Below, in pieces: positions 1 to 9,720 of a stretch of 64,000 nucleotides of DNA. The DNA is from an uncultured bacterium (GTDB taxonomy: Bacteria > Acidobacteriota > HRBIN11 > JAKEFK01). The notes below the pieces were generated by a model. That model was not told the DNA's origin. It saw only the letters and a program-made list of their open reading frames with translations, and made no database searches. Location of the stretch: the NCBI GenBank assembly GCA_963777505.1, contig CAVZQN010000004.1:1600001-1664000 (forward strand), written 5' to 3'. The position numbers and the translations under genes are program-made. Positions within the stretch are counted from its first letter, which is position 1; every line of letters starts with the position of its first letter.

Positions 1-2
1 TA

Positions 3-206
3 AGAGCAGATCGAATTGTGATCAATGAACTGACGAAAGTTCGTGGAAGATTCGCATCGAATGATTTAATTAGAAAATTGCGGGAAGAAAAAGAACAGAA
101 AAAAATAGCTTCAAGGAAATTTGAAGACACCAAACCCCACGAAAATAAAATCGAAAACGTACTGGACGGTTCAAATGAAACTGTTCAGGTGACAGAAATA
201 GGATAA
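3..206 (+). CDS. C-terminal fragment of a gene entering from the left edge (unknown product)
   Basis: Frame is open from position 3 to the TAA at 204-206; the GTG at 18 is probably internal. Confidence 0.55.
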   Translation, partial: RADRIVINELTKVRGRFASNDLIRKLREEKEQKKIASRKFEDTKPHENKIENVLDGSNETVQVTEIG

Positions 207-214
207 GAGGTACT

Positions 215-658
215 ATGAATCAGGAACCAAAGGTTACCAGAGTCGCAGAGGGGACGGTCATTAAGGGGGAAATTTCGTTTCCGGGTGGTAAACTCCGCCT
301 TGAAGGAGAATTGCAGGGAAATGTAACCTCAATTGACGGTCTCGAAGTAACACAGAAAGGCCGTCTGAAAGGGGATGTACATATGGCTGCCGAGATTGAA
401 TTGCTTGGCACCATAGAAGGCAACATCAAAACACGTAAGCTAATCATTCGCCCTTCTGGTGTTTTAACCGGGAATTTAGAGGTTGAACATTTTGTAATGG
501 AAGAGGGTGGACGAATTCTGGGCGAAGTAAAAATGAATTTGGGCGAGATGAAAGAATCTTGGAAAACAGCACCAGCACGTCCGCCAAGCAGCCCAAGCAG
601 CTCAGGCGGAAGTCCCCGCGGCGAAACATTAAGTTCAGCCATTTCTAAAGGGCATTGA
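215..658 (+). CDS. Bactofilin / polymer-forming cytoskeletal protein
   Basis: Beta-helical repeats (GTVIKGEI, LEGELQGNV, GTIEGNI, GVLTGNL, MEEGGRILG); GAGG SD; Pro/Ser-rich tail. Confidence 0.9.
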   Translation: MNQEPKVTRVAEGTVIKGEISFPGGKLRLEGELQGNVTSIDGLEVTQKGRLKGDVHMAAEIELLGTIEGNIKTRKLIIRPSGVLTGNLEVEHFVMEEGGRILGEVKMNLGEMKESWKTAPARPPSSPSSSGGSPRGETLSSAISKGH

Positions 659-1263
659 TGCGTCGAAAACAATGGGCCATATCCGCCCTTGTATTCGCTG
701 CATCACTATACTTTTTGCTGTACTCTCAGCAGTTCTTCTCACAGCGGAAGGGAGAGCCACAAAATGCTGCACTTCCTTCCGCATCAGAACCTGCCCAAAA
801 TATCATTCTTCTAGCAAACGAAGATTATTATCCTTTCCTGAAACAACACTTCCGAAATGCTAAAAGCCGCATTATCGGGACAGTCTATCTGTTAAGAATG
901 ACTTCACACCCCGAAAATGCACCAGCAGATTTACTTCGTGAATTGATTGCTGCTAAAAATCGGAAAGTGGAGGTGGATATTGTGCTGGAGGTTTCAAATG
1001 ACAAAGATCCAACGGATATCAATCTGGAAGCGGCTAAACAACTAACGGATGCTGGAGTAAATGTGCAATTGGATCATCAAAGAATAACCACACATTCAAA
1101 GGTCTTCGTGATCGATGACAGGTATTGTTTTGTGGGAAGCCACAATATGACTCATTCAGCATTGACAATGAATCAAGAGCTTTCAATTTATGTGGATTCA
1201 AAAGAGCTCGCTTCAAAAATTACAAACTTTGTAAGACAAATTCCCCTTTCGGGGTCCCAATAG
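655..1263 (+). CDS. Membrane-anchored single-HKD phospholipase D/Nuc-family protein
   Basis: N-terminal TM; HSKVFVID...VGSHN motif; NQEL. Confidence 0.85.
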   Translation: MMRRKQWAISALVFAASLYFLLYSQQFFSQRKGEPQNAALPSASEPAQNIILLANEDYYPFLKQHFRNAKSRIIGTVYLLRMTSHPENAPADLLRELIAAKNRKVEVDIVLEVSNDKDPTDINLEAAKQLTDAGVNVQLDHQRITTHSKVFVIDDRYCFVGSHNMTHSALTMNQELSIYVDSKELASKITNFVRQIPLSGSQ

Positions 1264-1267
1264 GGCA

Positions 1268-1297
1268 TTGTGACTGAAGAGAGCGCAGAGATATAAT
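1268..1297 (+). promoter_or_regulatory. sigma70-type promoter, probably leaderless, for tsaC
   Basis: TTGTGA(1268)-18 nt-TATAAT(1292-1297), 7 nt before the ATG at 1305; no SD. Confidence 0.5.
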
Positions 1298-1304
1298 CAC
1301 AAAA

Positions 1305-1892
1305 ATGCAAGTTCTCGATGATCTCGCTTCCTCCTATGATCGAATTGTCGAAGTACTTCGTGGTGGGGGGATCATTTGTTATCCAACCGAAACTTTTTAC
1401 GCTCTTGGCGTTGATCCCTGGAATGCAAATGCATGCGAACGGCTCTATCGCTTAAAACAACGAAGTTCTGACAAAGAGCTACCCCTCATTGCTGCGAACC
1501 TGGAGATGGCATCGAAGTTCTTTGATCTATCGGATCACAGGGTTCAAATTCTTATCCAGAAATTTTGGCCCGGCGCATTAACACTTGTCATTCCTTCTGC
1601 GGATAAATCCCGAAATTACGCAGTTCGAGTCTCTTCTCTTCCCGAAGCGCAAAAAATTTCTGAAGCATTCGGTAAGCCAATTGTTTCAACAAGCGCTAAT
1701 ATCAGTGGTATCAGGCCGATTTCGTCTCCGGGTGAACTAAGCCAGGAGTTAATTTCCGGAATTGATGTTCTCCTGGATGGAGGCGTTTGCGCAGGAGGTT
1801 TACCTTCCACGATTGTTTCAATCTTAAAACCCGACATTGAAATTCTTCGTGAAGGAGCTATCTCTTCAAAAGAGATCCTTTCACTTTTATGA
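1305..1892 (+). CDS. tsaC: L-threonylcarbamoyladenylate synthase (TsaC/YrdC, short form)
   Basis: YPTETFYAL, LKQR, FWPGALT, STSANISG, PSTIV motifs. Confidence 0.92.
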   Translation: MQVLDDLASSYDRIVEVLRGGGIICYPTETFYALGVDPWNANACERLYRLKQRSSDKELPLIAANLEMASKFFDLSDHRVQILIQKFWPGALTLVIPSADKSRNYAVRVSSLPEAQKISEAFGKPIVSTSANISGIRPISSPGELSQELISGIDVLLDGGVCAGGLPSTIVSILKPDIEILREGAISSKEILSLL

Positions 1893-2743
1893 AGATTCGA
1901 AAACAAGACATTTATCTATCCCCGGATCATCCTTCAACTCTGCTGACTTTGAAGCCGCTTTCGATTGTTGCTGCGCCTCTTGTTTTAAACAAAAACGGAA
2001 TTCTTTTGGATGGCTACAGACGATATCAACTGATGGAAGGAGATTTTGTTGATGCAGTCCAAATCGATGCGCAGAATGTATTCGATGCAGCCTATGAAAT
2101 GAATTTGAATACCCGCATCTGGGATGATCGTGATTGCTTCTTATGGTCGCGGTGGGCTCGTACTCTCGGAGCAAATCCCTCGCGCCTTCCTATAAACCGC
2201 TTTTCTACAGCAATTGAATCTGCGCCGCAAGAGTTACTACATTTGATGGCAGAGCGAAAGATCACAATGCGGAAAGCAGTCTTGATTCAGGAAGCTCCAC
2301 CGGCGGCCCGCGAGATATTTACTGATCTTTTAACAAACGGTTTGAGTCTGAATGACAATGAAGCCGCCGACCTGATCCGGATGGCATGGGACGTCAAAAC
2401 CAGGCTCAATTCACAAGGTCTTCAGGGTCTTTTTCAGGGTGAGCTTTTTGCCGGTATTTTGCAGAATTCGAGCCTGTCTCCCAGACAAAGAGGAGAGGCA
2501 TTGTTGAAAGAATTGAGGGCAGTGCGTTATCCTTTATATCAAGAGAAGCTGGAGCAGTTTACGTCGAATTGGCAACAACTGAACTTAGGGAACGGCGTAC
2601 AGGTTAAACGACGTTCTTTCATTGAACGCGGCGTTCTTGAAATTTCATTTACGTCATCTTCATTGGAGGAGTTAAAGGAAAATATCGAGAGGCTCACGAC
2701 TAGCTTGAATGCGGGGTCATGGGTCAGGATTTGGGAAGAATGA
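1889..2743 (+). CDS. ParB/Srx-like N-terminal domain protein
   Basis: PLVL...LLDGYRR motif near the N-terminus; ATGA overlap with tsaC; remainder helical. Confidence 0.6.
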   Translation: MKIRKQDIYLSPDHPSTLLTLKPLSIVAAPLVLNKNGILLDGYRRYQLMEGDFVDAVQIDAQNVFDAAYEMNLNTRIWDDRDCFLWSRWARTLGANPSRLPINRFSTAIESAPQELLHLMAERKITMRKAVLIQEAPPAAREIFTDLLTNGLSLNDNEAADLIRMAWDVKTRLNSQGLQGLFQGELFAGILQNSSLSPRQRGEALLKELRAVRYPLYQEKLEQFTSNWQQLNLGNGVQVKRRSFIERGVLEISFTSSSLEELKENIERLTTSLNAGSWVRIWEE

Positions 2744-3291
2744 CTCGAACTGAACGGATTCAATGGCAGATTTTTGTTTTACTTGTTGTTGCGATCGCTG
2801 CGTCTATTTATTACTTCTCAATGCCTTCTACCGAAGATCCTATAAAAACGAACCTAAAAAAACCTTCCGCAAAGCCTGGGACTTCGTCGCCCGATAACTT
2901 ACCACAAGTTTCTACGCTTCAAGGAAAACTTCCAGAATTTAAGAATGTACAGAGGAACGTTTTTGAATTTGCAGGAGAACCCTCTGAATCAGATGATGTA
3001 ACGAGTTCACAACCCGTTTTAACCGAGCCGCAAACCATGCCGCTCCTGGTTCCGGTTGGACCTGATGTAACATATTTGGCTTTTTACAAAGAAAAAGAGG
3101 GATCGAATCGGAAATTAGCTGCAATTAGTAATGGTGGGCAAATCTATGTTGGCGGTGTAGGTGAAGTCCTTGCTGGAAAGTACAGGGTGATTCAGGTTGA
3201 AGATGAATTCATCGAAGTCGAATATTTGCCTGAGAAACGAGTGATCCGCTTGGAACTCGGCCGCCATGATGGAACTCCGCCGCTGGAGTGA
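2740..3291 (+). CDS. Hypothetical membrane-anchored protein (PilP/GspC-like C-terminal beta domain)
   Basis: Start moved to ATG 2740 (ATGA overlap); N-terminal TM; RNVFEF motif; 'IYVGGVGEVLAGKYRVIQV' resembles pilus/T2SS accessory domains. Confidence 0.55.
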   Translation: MTRTERIQWQIFVLLVVAIAASIYYFSMPSTEDPIKTNLKKPSAKPGTSSPDNLPQVSTLQGKLPEFKNVQRNVFEFAGEPSESDDVTSSQPVLTEPQTMPLLVPVGPDVTYLAFYKEKEGSNRKLAAISNGGQIYVGGVGEVLAGKYRVIQVEDEFIEVEYLPEKRVIRLELGRHDGTPPLE

Positions 3292-3338
3292 TCCACCTAT
3301 CGAGAAATCTTTATTTTTACTGGTTTAAAATAGAACTG

Positions 3339-3827
3339 ATGAAAGAAGATCGTGATGCCATTGCTCTCGCAATTGAACTATTTCATAAAGCGTATGTGCA
3401 TCATATGAGTGGTTATCTTGATGAGGCAATTGAACTTTATAGGGAATCAATTGCAATGTATCCAACGGCTGAAGCATACACATTCCTCGGATGGGCATAT
3501 AGTTTTCAAGGAAGATTGGATGAAGCGATTGAGGAATGTAAAAGAGCGATCGAAGTCGATCCTGATTTCGGCAATCCATACAACGATATCGGGGCATATT
3601 TAATTGAAAAGGAATTGTTCAATGAAGCGATTCCATGGTTGAAACAAGCCACGGAAGCGAAACGATACGAATCCTATCATTTTCCACATTACAATCTTGG
3701 GCGTGTATATATTGCGCAAGGTATGATGAAGCGCGCAATCGAAGAATTTCAAAAAGCGTTAAAAATTGCGCCAAATTACACGCTCGCACGTGATGCATTA
3801 GAAGAAACGAGCCGGCAGATCAATTAA
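3339..3827 (+). CDS. Tetratricopeptide repeat protein
   Basis: Multiple TPR motifs (AEAYTFLGWAY, NPYNDIGAYL, PHYNLGRVY); ATG 3339 preferred. Confidence 0.9.
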   Translation: MKEDRDAIALAIELFHKAYVHHMSGYLDEAIELYRESIAMYPTAEAYTFLGWAYSFQGRLDEAIEECKRAIEVDPDFGNPYNDIGAYLIEKELFNEAIPWLKQATEAKRYESYHFPHYNLGRVYIAQGMMKRAIEEFQKALKIAPNYTLARDALEETSRQIN

Positions 3828-3908
3828 AGATCAAAAATGAAAGATCAAAGATCAAAAATAAAGATAGAGCTTCATTTTTGATATTTTATTTTTCATTTTT
3901 TATTTTAA
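3826..3908. repeat. Inverted heptamer array (AAAGATC/AAAAATG ... CATTTTT/GATATTT)
   Basis: Tandem 7-mers followed by their reverse complements; similar element at 48143-48230. Confidence 0.7.
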
Positions 3909-3912
3909 TAAC

Positions 3913-4632
3913 ATGGATCTAAAAAACAAAAGTGTTCTGATTACTGGAGCAGCCCGAAGACTCGGCCGTGAGACTGCAGTTCATCTGGCGCGAGCAGGGG
4001 CTCGAATTACAGTTCAATATAACGAATCGGCAGAAGACGCGAAATCACTTCAAAAAGAAATTGGCTGCGAAATTGTTCAGGCAAATTTTACAGCAATGCC
4101 CGCCGAAGAACTTTGTAAGCGTCTGGAATCGGCAGCCGGACATGTTGATATTCTGATTAACAACGCGTCCACGTTTACACATGTGCGATGGCCTGAAATT
4201 TCGGAAGAAATATGGGATCGGGAACTTGCAGTAAATCTTAAAATACCATTCTTCTTAACGCGTTACTTTGGAAGCCGAATGAAGACGAAAGGGATCGGCA
4301 AAATTTTAAACATAGCCGATATTGCTGCAGAGCATCCATATTTAACATATTTTGCATACAGCATAGCGAAGTCCGGAATCATCACAATGACGCGTGGATT
4401 TGCCCGGGCGCTGGCTCCATCAGTTCAAGTAAATGCTATCGCTCCCGGCACGGTATTGCCGCCTGACAATATGGATCCCGGGCAATATCGTAAACTAATA
4501 GAGAAAATTCCTGCGCAACGTCCGGCGAGTGTGGAAGAGTTTTTACGAACTGTTGATTTCTTGCTGTCGGATGTAGATTATATTACCGGCCAAACGATCA
4601 CTTTAGACGGTGGCCGTTCATTAAACTGGTGA
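3913..4632 (+). CDS. Short-chain dehydrogenase, pteridine reductase (FolM/PTR1)-like
   Basis: TGAARRLG, NNAS, YSIAK, VNAIAPG. Confidence 0.85.
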   Translation: MDLKNKSVLITGAARRLGRETAVHLARAGARITVQYNESAEDAKSLQKEIGCEIVQANFTAMPAEELCKRLESAAGHVDILINNASTFTHVRWPEISEEIWDRELAVNLKIPFFLTRYFGSRMKTKGIGKILNIADIAAEHPYLTYFAYSIAKSGIITMTRGFARALAPSVQVNAIAPGTVLPPDNMDPGQYRKLIEKIPAQRPASVEEFLRTVDFLLSDVDYITGQTITLDGGRSLNW

Positions 4633-4637
4633 AAAAA

Positions 4638-4654
4638 CTTAGCGTCTTTGCGGT
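4638..4654 (-). repeat. Junction repeat, representative copy (about 18 copies in the window)
   Basis: CTTAGCGTCTTTGCGGT; other copies at 6091, 8442, 11589, 12870, 14865, 16971, 18334, 19039, 25962, 28097, 36662, 38002, 39345, 46949, 53534, 57122, 60120. Confidence 0.75.
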
Positions 4655-4660
4655 AAAAAA

Positions 4661-5686
4661 ATGATTACACATGATTGGCACGCTTCAAAAGGTGCAAAAT
4701 TTCAAGATTTTTTCGGCGTAGAAATTCCTTCAAATTACGGCGACGTTGAATCGGAATACTGGGCATTACGAAAAGCCGTGGGTCTGCGTGATGTCAGTTA
4801 TTTCGGGAAAGTAAAAGTCTCAGGAAAAGATGCGCAGGAATTTTTGCATCGCATGATTTCAAATGATGTAAAGTCTCTGGCACCCGGAAAAGGCGTCTGG
4901 GCCTTGTTCCTTAATATCAAGGGCCACATTCAAGGGGACATGAAAATTTATCGATTTCCTGATTATTTGCTGATGGTCATGCAACACCATGCTCTTGATC
5001 GAGTCGTCAAAGGTCTTGACCGTTATATCATTGGTGAACAACTTCAAATGACGGATGTTTCCGGTCAGTTCGCACTTTTCCAAATCTTAGGCCCTGAAGC
5101 TAAAACCTTCCTTCAATCAAAAGGGGCAAATCATTTACCCGAAACTGAACTCGCTTTTGAGTCAGTCTCCTTTGATGGAATTGCAACACAGGTGATCCGC
5201 TTGGGACTTGGATATGCTTTGCTTGTTGAAGCAAATTCCGCTGTTCAGCTTTTGAATTTCCTGAATGTGCAACCTGTAGGGATGCAGGCATTCAACATAT
5301 TTAGAATTGAATCCGGACTTCCTTTGTTAGGGCTGGATTATGATGAGACCAATTTGCCTCAGGAAAGCAGACTCGATCACGCTTTGAACTTCAATAAAGG
5401 TTGCTATTTAGGACAAGAAGTTATGGCACGCCTGGATGCTCAAGGTCATGTAAATAAGGTGTTGATGGGCCTGGTGTCGTCTGATGAAGTCAGCCGTGAT
5501 CAAAAGTTGTTTGCTGGTGAAAAGGAAGCCGGCAGAATCACAAGTGTTGCGCGATCTCCGCTTTCCGGTGAATATGTTGCCCTGGGTTACATCCGCCGCG
5601 AATTTGCTAAAGAAAATCAGCCTCTACAAGTTTCTGGCAATAGTACTACAGCCATAGTACGCAACCTCCCCATCGTACAGCAGTAA
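4661..5686 (+). CDS. ygfZ: Folate-binding YgfZ/GcvT-family protein
   Basis: KGCYLGQE signature of YgfZ. Confidence 0.85.
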   Translation: MITHDWHASKGAKFQDFFGVEIPSNYGDVESEYWALRKAVGLRDVSYFGKVKVSGKDAQEFLHRMISNDVKSLAPGKGVWALFLNIKGHIQGDMKIYRFPDYLLMVMQHHALDRVVKGLDRYIIGEQLQMTDVSGQFALFQILGPEAKTFLQSKGANHLPETELAFESVSFDGIATQVIRLGLGYALLVEANSAVQLLNFLNVQPVGMQAFNIFRIESGLPLLGLDYDETNLPQESRLDHALNFNKGCYLGQEVMARLDAQGHVNKVLMGLVSSDEVSRDQKLFAGEKEAGRITSVARSPLSGEYVALGYIRREFAKENQPLQVSGNSTTAIVRNLPIVQQ

Positions 5687-6096
5687 TGAGAAAAGTTTCC
5701 AAGCTCGAATTGCAGGACGTAAAAAAGATCCTTACGGCTTCCGAAGCAGAAGCCATTCGGATCGGCGTTGATATGGACATTGCGGTCGTTGATGATGGCG
5801 GGAATCTCCTCGGATTTCTCCGAATGGATCGTGCCAAGGTAACAAGCATTCAAATTTCAATTGATAAAGCTTTTACCGCAGCCGGAACACGAAAGCCTAC
5901 AAAAGATTACAAAGCCGTAGGCGCTGTTGATGGAATGGCATTTGGGATCAACACCAGCCATCAAGGACGTTTTACAATTTTCGGCGGTGGCGTTCCAATT
6001 ATGATTGAAGGCGAATGTGTCGGCGCCGTGGGCTGTAGTTCAGGGACTCCTGAGCAAGATGAACAGGTTGCTCAAGCAGGAATCAATGCACTCTGA
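5686..6096 (+). CDS. GlcG/HbpS-family heme-binding protein
   Basis: IAVVDDGG, KAFTA, GGVPI, GAVGCS..EQD motifs. Confidence 0.88.
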   Translation: MRKVSKLELQDVKKILTASEAEAIRIGVDMDIAVVDDGGNLLGFLRMDRAKVTSIQISIDKAFTAAGTRKPTKDYKAVGAVDGMAFGINTSHQGRFTIFGGGVPIMIEGECVGAVGCSSGTPEQDEQVAQAGINAL

Positions 6097-6113
6097 ATCT
6101 TTGCGGTAAAAAA

Positions 6114-8430
6114 ATGAAAATAAAAAAAGTGGCAATTCTAGGTGCTGGAACAATGGGCTCACAAATTGCGGCTCATTTTGCAAATGCTTCGATTCCATCA
6201 ATGTTGTTTGATATGCCTGGGCTTTCAAAAGCCGGCATTGAAAAGCTGAAGAAATTAGAACCTGCACCGCTCTTTGATCCTTCCTTATCTTCATTAATAG
6301 AACCTCTTGAATTTGGACCTGACTTTCCGCGATTAATAGAAGCCGATTGGATTATTGAAGCAGTTATTGAAGATTTAGAAGCAAAACGCGCATTGCTGAA
6401 CTCGGTGCTCCCGCATCTTCGCGATGATTCAGTCATTACTTCAAATACTTCTGGTTTACCTCTATCAAGTATCGCTCTTGAAATGCCGGCAGAATTTAAG
6501 AGTCGCTGGTTCGGTACACATTTTTTCAATCCACCCCGCTATCTTAAACTTTTAGAGCTGATTCCAACTTCCGATACGAACGAAAATTTATTGCATGAAA
6601 TTGCAGAATTTGGCGATAAACATCTTGGCAAAGGCATTGTTTATGCAAAAGATACTCCCAACTTCATTGCGAATCGTCTTGGCACGTTCGCAGCAATGCT
6701 CGCTTTGAAAGTCATGCTTGAAGATGGATATTCAATTGAAGAAGTGGATGTACTCACAGGTCCGATTGTCGGCCATCCAAAAACTGCAACATTCCGTTTA
6801 TTCGATCTAGTTGGAATCGATATTCTTGGAATGGTGGCGCGGAATTTATTTGAAAATGTACCTGATGATGAAAACCGTGAACTTTTCAGAATTCCAATGT
6901 TCCTGGAAGACCTTCTTCAACGCGGATGGTATGGAAATAAAACCGGTCAGGGTTTTTACAAGAAAACGCCTGAAGGTATTTTGACTCTCGATCCCTCAAC
7001 AATGGAGTATAGTCCGCAAAAGAAGCCAGTCTTTCCATCTTTGGAGATGGTAAAGAATATTGAAGATCCAAGAGAACGGATTGCAAACTTAGTTCGTTCA
7101 AAGGATCGCGCAGGAAGTTTTATTTGGAAAACATTATCTCCACTCTTTGCTTACGCTGCGAACTTAATTCCGGAAATTTCGGATGACATTCTGAATGTGG
7201 ACAATTCAATAAAGTGGGGATTCAACTGGTCGCATGGAATTTTTGAAACGTGGGATGCGATCGGAGTTCGTAAGTCCGTTGAGCGTATGCGTGAAGAAGG
7301 AAAGCATATTCCTGCATGGATGGACTTGATGCTTGCGCAGCCGGATCCAAAGTTTTACAAAAATGAAAAAGGGAAATTGCATTGCTGGGATATTTTTGGA
7401 TATGAGTATCGTCCTGTTCCGCAGCCTCAGGGTGTCTTAATTCTGGATCACATCAAACAGCAGAAGGGAACGATCAAGAAAAATGCCGGAGCCAGCTTGA
7501 TCGATCTTGGAGATGGTGTGGCCTGTCTGGAATTTCATTCAAAAATGAATGCAATCGGCGGGGATACAATCCAGATGGTGAAGTCGGCAATTGAAATTGT
7601 CGAAAAAGATTTTGAAGGCTTAGTTATAGGAAACCAGGGTGAAAATTTTTCAGCAGGAGCAAATTTAATGCTCTTGCTTTTGGAAGCGCAGGAAGAAAAC
7701 TGGGACGATCTAAATATGATAATCAAAGCATTTCAACAAATGGTGATGTCCTTGCGCTATTCAGCGCGTCCAGTTGTTGCTGCGCCATTCGGTCTTGCAC
7801 TTGGAGGTGGATGCGAAGTTAGCATGGGAGCCGATGCAATCCATTCCGCAGCGGAAGTTTACACCGGACTTGTTGAAGTAGGTGTTGGATTAATTCCTGC
7901 AGGAACGGGAACGAAAGAAATATACGTAAGAAATTTTAAGAAATGTTTGCCCGGTGCTGATCCATTACCGTTTTTGCGAAATGCTTTCGAAACCAGTTGC
8001 ACTTGCGAAAGCATCACGTTCAGTACTCGATGCAAAAAGACTTGGATACTATGCCGAATCAGATACTTTTAGCATGAATGCGGATCGCGTCATTCAAGAT
8101 GCGAAGAATGTTGTTTTACGACTTGCGAAAAATTATAGACAACCTCAACCACGAACCGACATTCTTCTGACTGGTCGCGCAGGATACGCTTACCTTCAAG
8201 CTGGCATTTACTTAATGCGTGAAGCTGGTTTCATCAGTGAATATGATCAAAAACTCGGTCAAAAAGTTGCGTGGATCATGACCGGTGGAGACTTGACCGA
8301 GCCCACCCGCGTAAATGAACAATTTATGCTGGATCTCGAACGCGAAGCCTTCCTTTCGCTGCTGGGTGAACCGAAAACGCAGGACAGAATTCGACATATG
8401 CTGAAGACCGGCAAACCCCTCCGGAATTAA
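6114..8430 (+). CDS. fadN: 3-hydroxyacyl-CoA dehydrogenase/enoyl-CoA hydratase (FadN-like); one frame break near 7994
   Basis: GAGTMG, SNTS, HFFNPPRY, crotonase GGGCE...GLVE; ORFs 6114-8072 and 7954-8430 join as AFET-VALAKAS if one base is removed. Confidence 0.88.
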
Positions 8431-8523
8431 TTTCGGATTTTAACCGCAAAGACTCAGAATCTCTGTGGTTCACAAAAGGAGTTAGTTTTGCCACGAAAAC
8501 ACAAAGAGCATGGAGATAAGAAC

Positions 8524-9696
8524 ATGACTGAAGTATTCATAGTGGCCGGCGCAAGGACTGCAGTTGGAAAAGCTCCACGCGGAACATTACGGAACACCCG
8601 ACCTGATGATATGGCTGCAGCCGTTTTCAAAGAGGTATTGAAGCGAGCGCCGGAGGTACGTGCGGAAGAAATTGAAGATGTCATCATTGGATGTGCGATG
8701 CCTGAAGCAGAACAAGGGATGAATGTTGCACGCATTGCATCGTTGCGTGCAGGATTGCCTGTTGAAACTTCTGCGATCACGGTTAATCGATTTTGCGCAT
8801 CCGGACTGCAAGCAATTGCTTTTGGCGCAGAACGAATTGCGTCAGGTTCAGCAGATTGCATTCTTGCAGGCGGAACAGAAAGCATGAGTCTAATTCCTAT
8901 GGGTGGTAACAAGATCGTTCCGAATCCAGCATTAATTACTGAAAGTCCCCAGGCATACATTTCAATGGGACTTGGCACCGAGGGACTTGTTCACAAATTC
9001 GAAATTAGCCGCGCTGATCAGGATCAGTTTTCGTATCAATCCCATCAAAAAGCATTGGCAGCAATCGATTCAGGAAAATTTCAAGATGAAATTGTTCCAC
9101 TTGAATTTGAAGAAGTAATGCTTGAGAACGGAAAACGGATTCGAAGGAATGTGAAATTTGATACTGATGAAGGTCCGCGACGTGATACGAGTCTTGACGC
9201 CTTAGCTTCACTAAAGCCTTCATTCAAAGTAAATGGCACAGTTACTCCCGGCAATTCATCACAGATGAGTGACGGATCTGCAGCAGTGCTACTCATGTCG
9301 CGAAAGAAAATGGAAGCAAGCGGACTCCAACCATTAGCTCGTTTTGTCAGTTATGCATATGCAGGCGTACCGCCAGAAATGTTTGGGATTGGGCCAGTGT
9401 ACGCAATTCCAAAAGCATTGAAGTTAGCAGGGTTGAGTCTTTCGGACATTAAAATCATTGAACTGAATGAAGCGTTTGCCGGGCAATCTCTTGCAGTAAT
9501 CCGAAAAGCTGGCTTGGATCCGGATATTGTTAATCCAAATGGAGGGGCAATCGCGCTTGGGCATCCACTCGGTTGTACTGGAGCAAAGTTGACTGTCAGT
9601 ATCATTCAGGAGTTAAAACGCCGGGGTGGCGGCTTTGGAATGGTCACGATGTGTGTCGGCGGTGGAATGGGGGCTGCGGGCATATTCGAAATCTAA
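8524..9696 (+). CDS. fadA: Acetyl-CoA C-acyltransferase (thiolase)
   Basis: NRFCASG, NEAF, GHPLGCTG, CVGGG; GGAGA SD before ATG 8524. Confidence 0.93.
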   Translation: MTEVFIVAGARTAVGKAPRGTLRNTRPDDMAAAVFKEVLKRAPEVRAEEIEDVIIGCAMPEAEQGMNVARIASLRAGLPVETSAITVNRFCASGLQAIAFGAERIASGSADCILAGGTESMSLIPMGGNKIVPNPALITESPQAYISMGLGTEGLVHKFEISRADQDQFSYQSHQKALAAIDSGKFQDEIVPLEFEEVMLENGKRIRRNVKFDTDEGPRRDTSLDALASLKPSFKVNGTVTPGNSSQMSDGSAAVLLMSRKKMEASGLQPLARFVSYAYAGVPPEMFGIGPVYAIPKALKLAGLSLSDIKIIELNEAFAGQSLAVIRKAGLDPDIVNPNGGAIALGHPLGCTGAKLTVSIIQELKRRGGGFGMVTMCVGGGMGAAGIFEI

Positions 9697-9720
9697 AGAC
9701 ATATAATTAGATCAGAAATT

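Noticed and set aside
220-672. 150-aa antisense ORF over the bactofilin, and the many similar shadow ORFs in the track
   Set aside because: They fully overlap well-supported genes and have no recognisable motifs or start signals
655-1263. PLD nuclease as an anti-phage defence component
   Set aside because: Membrane-anchored, exported-type protein in a housekeeping context, with no helicase, methylase or other defence partners
7954-8072. Programmed frameshifting or true pseudogenisation of fadN and the other broken genes
   Set aside because: No slippery heptamer plus structure; similar one-base breaks hit essential genes, so sequencing error is more parsimonious
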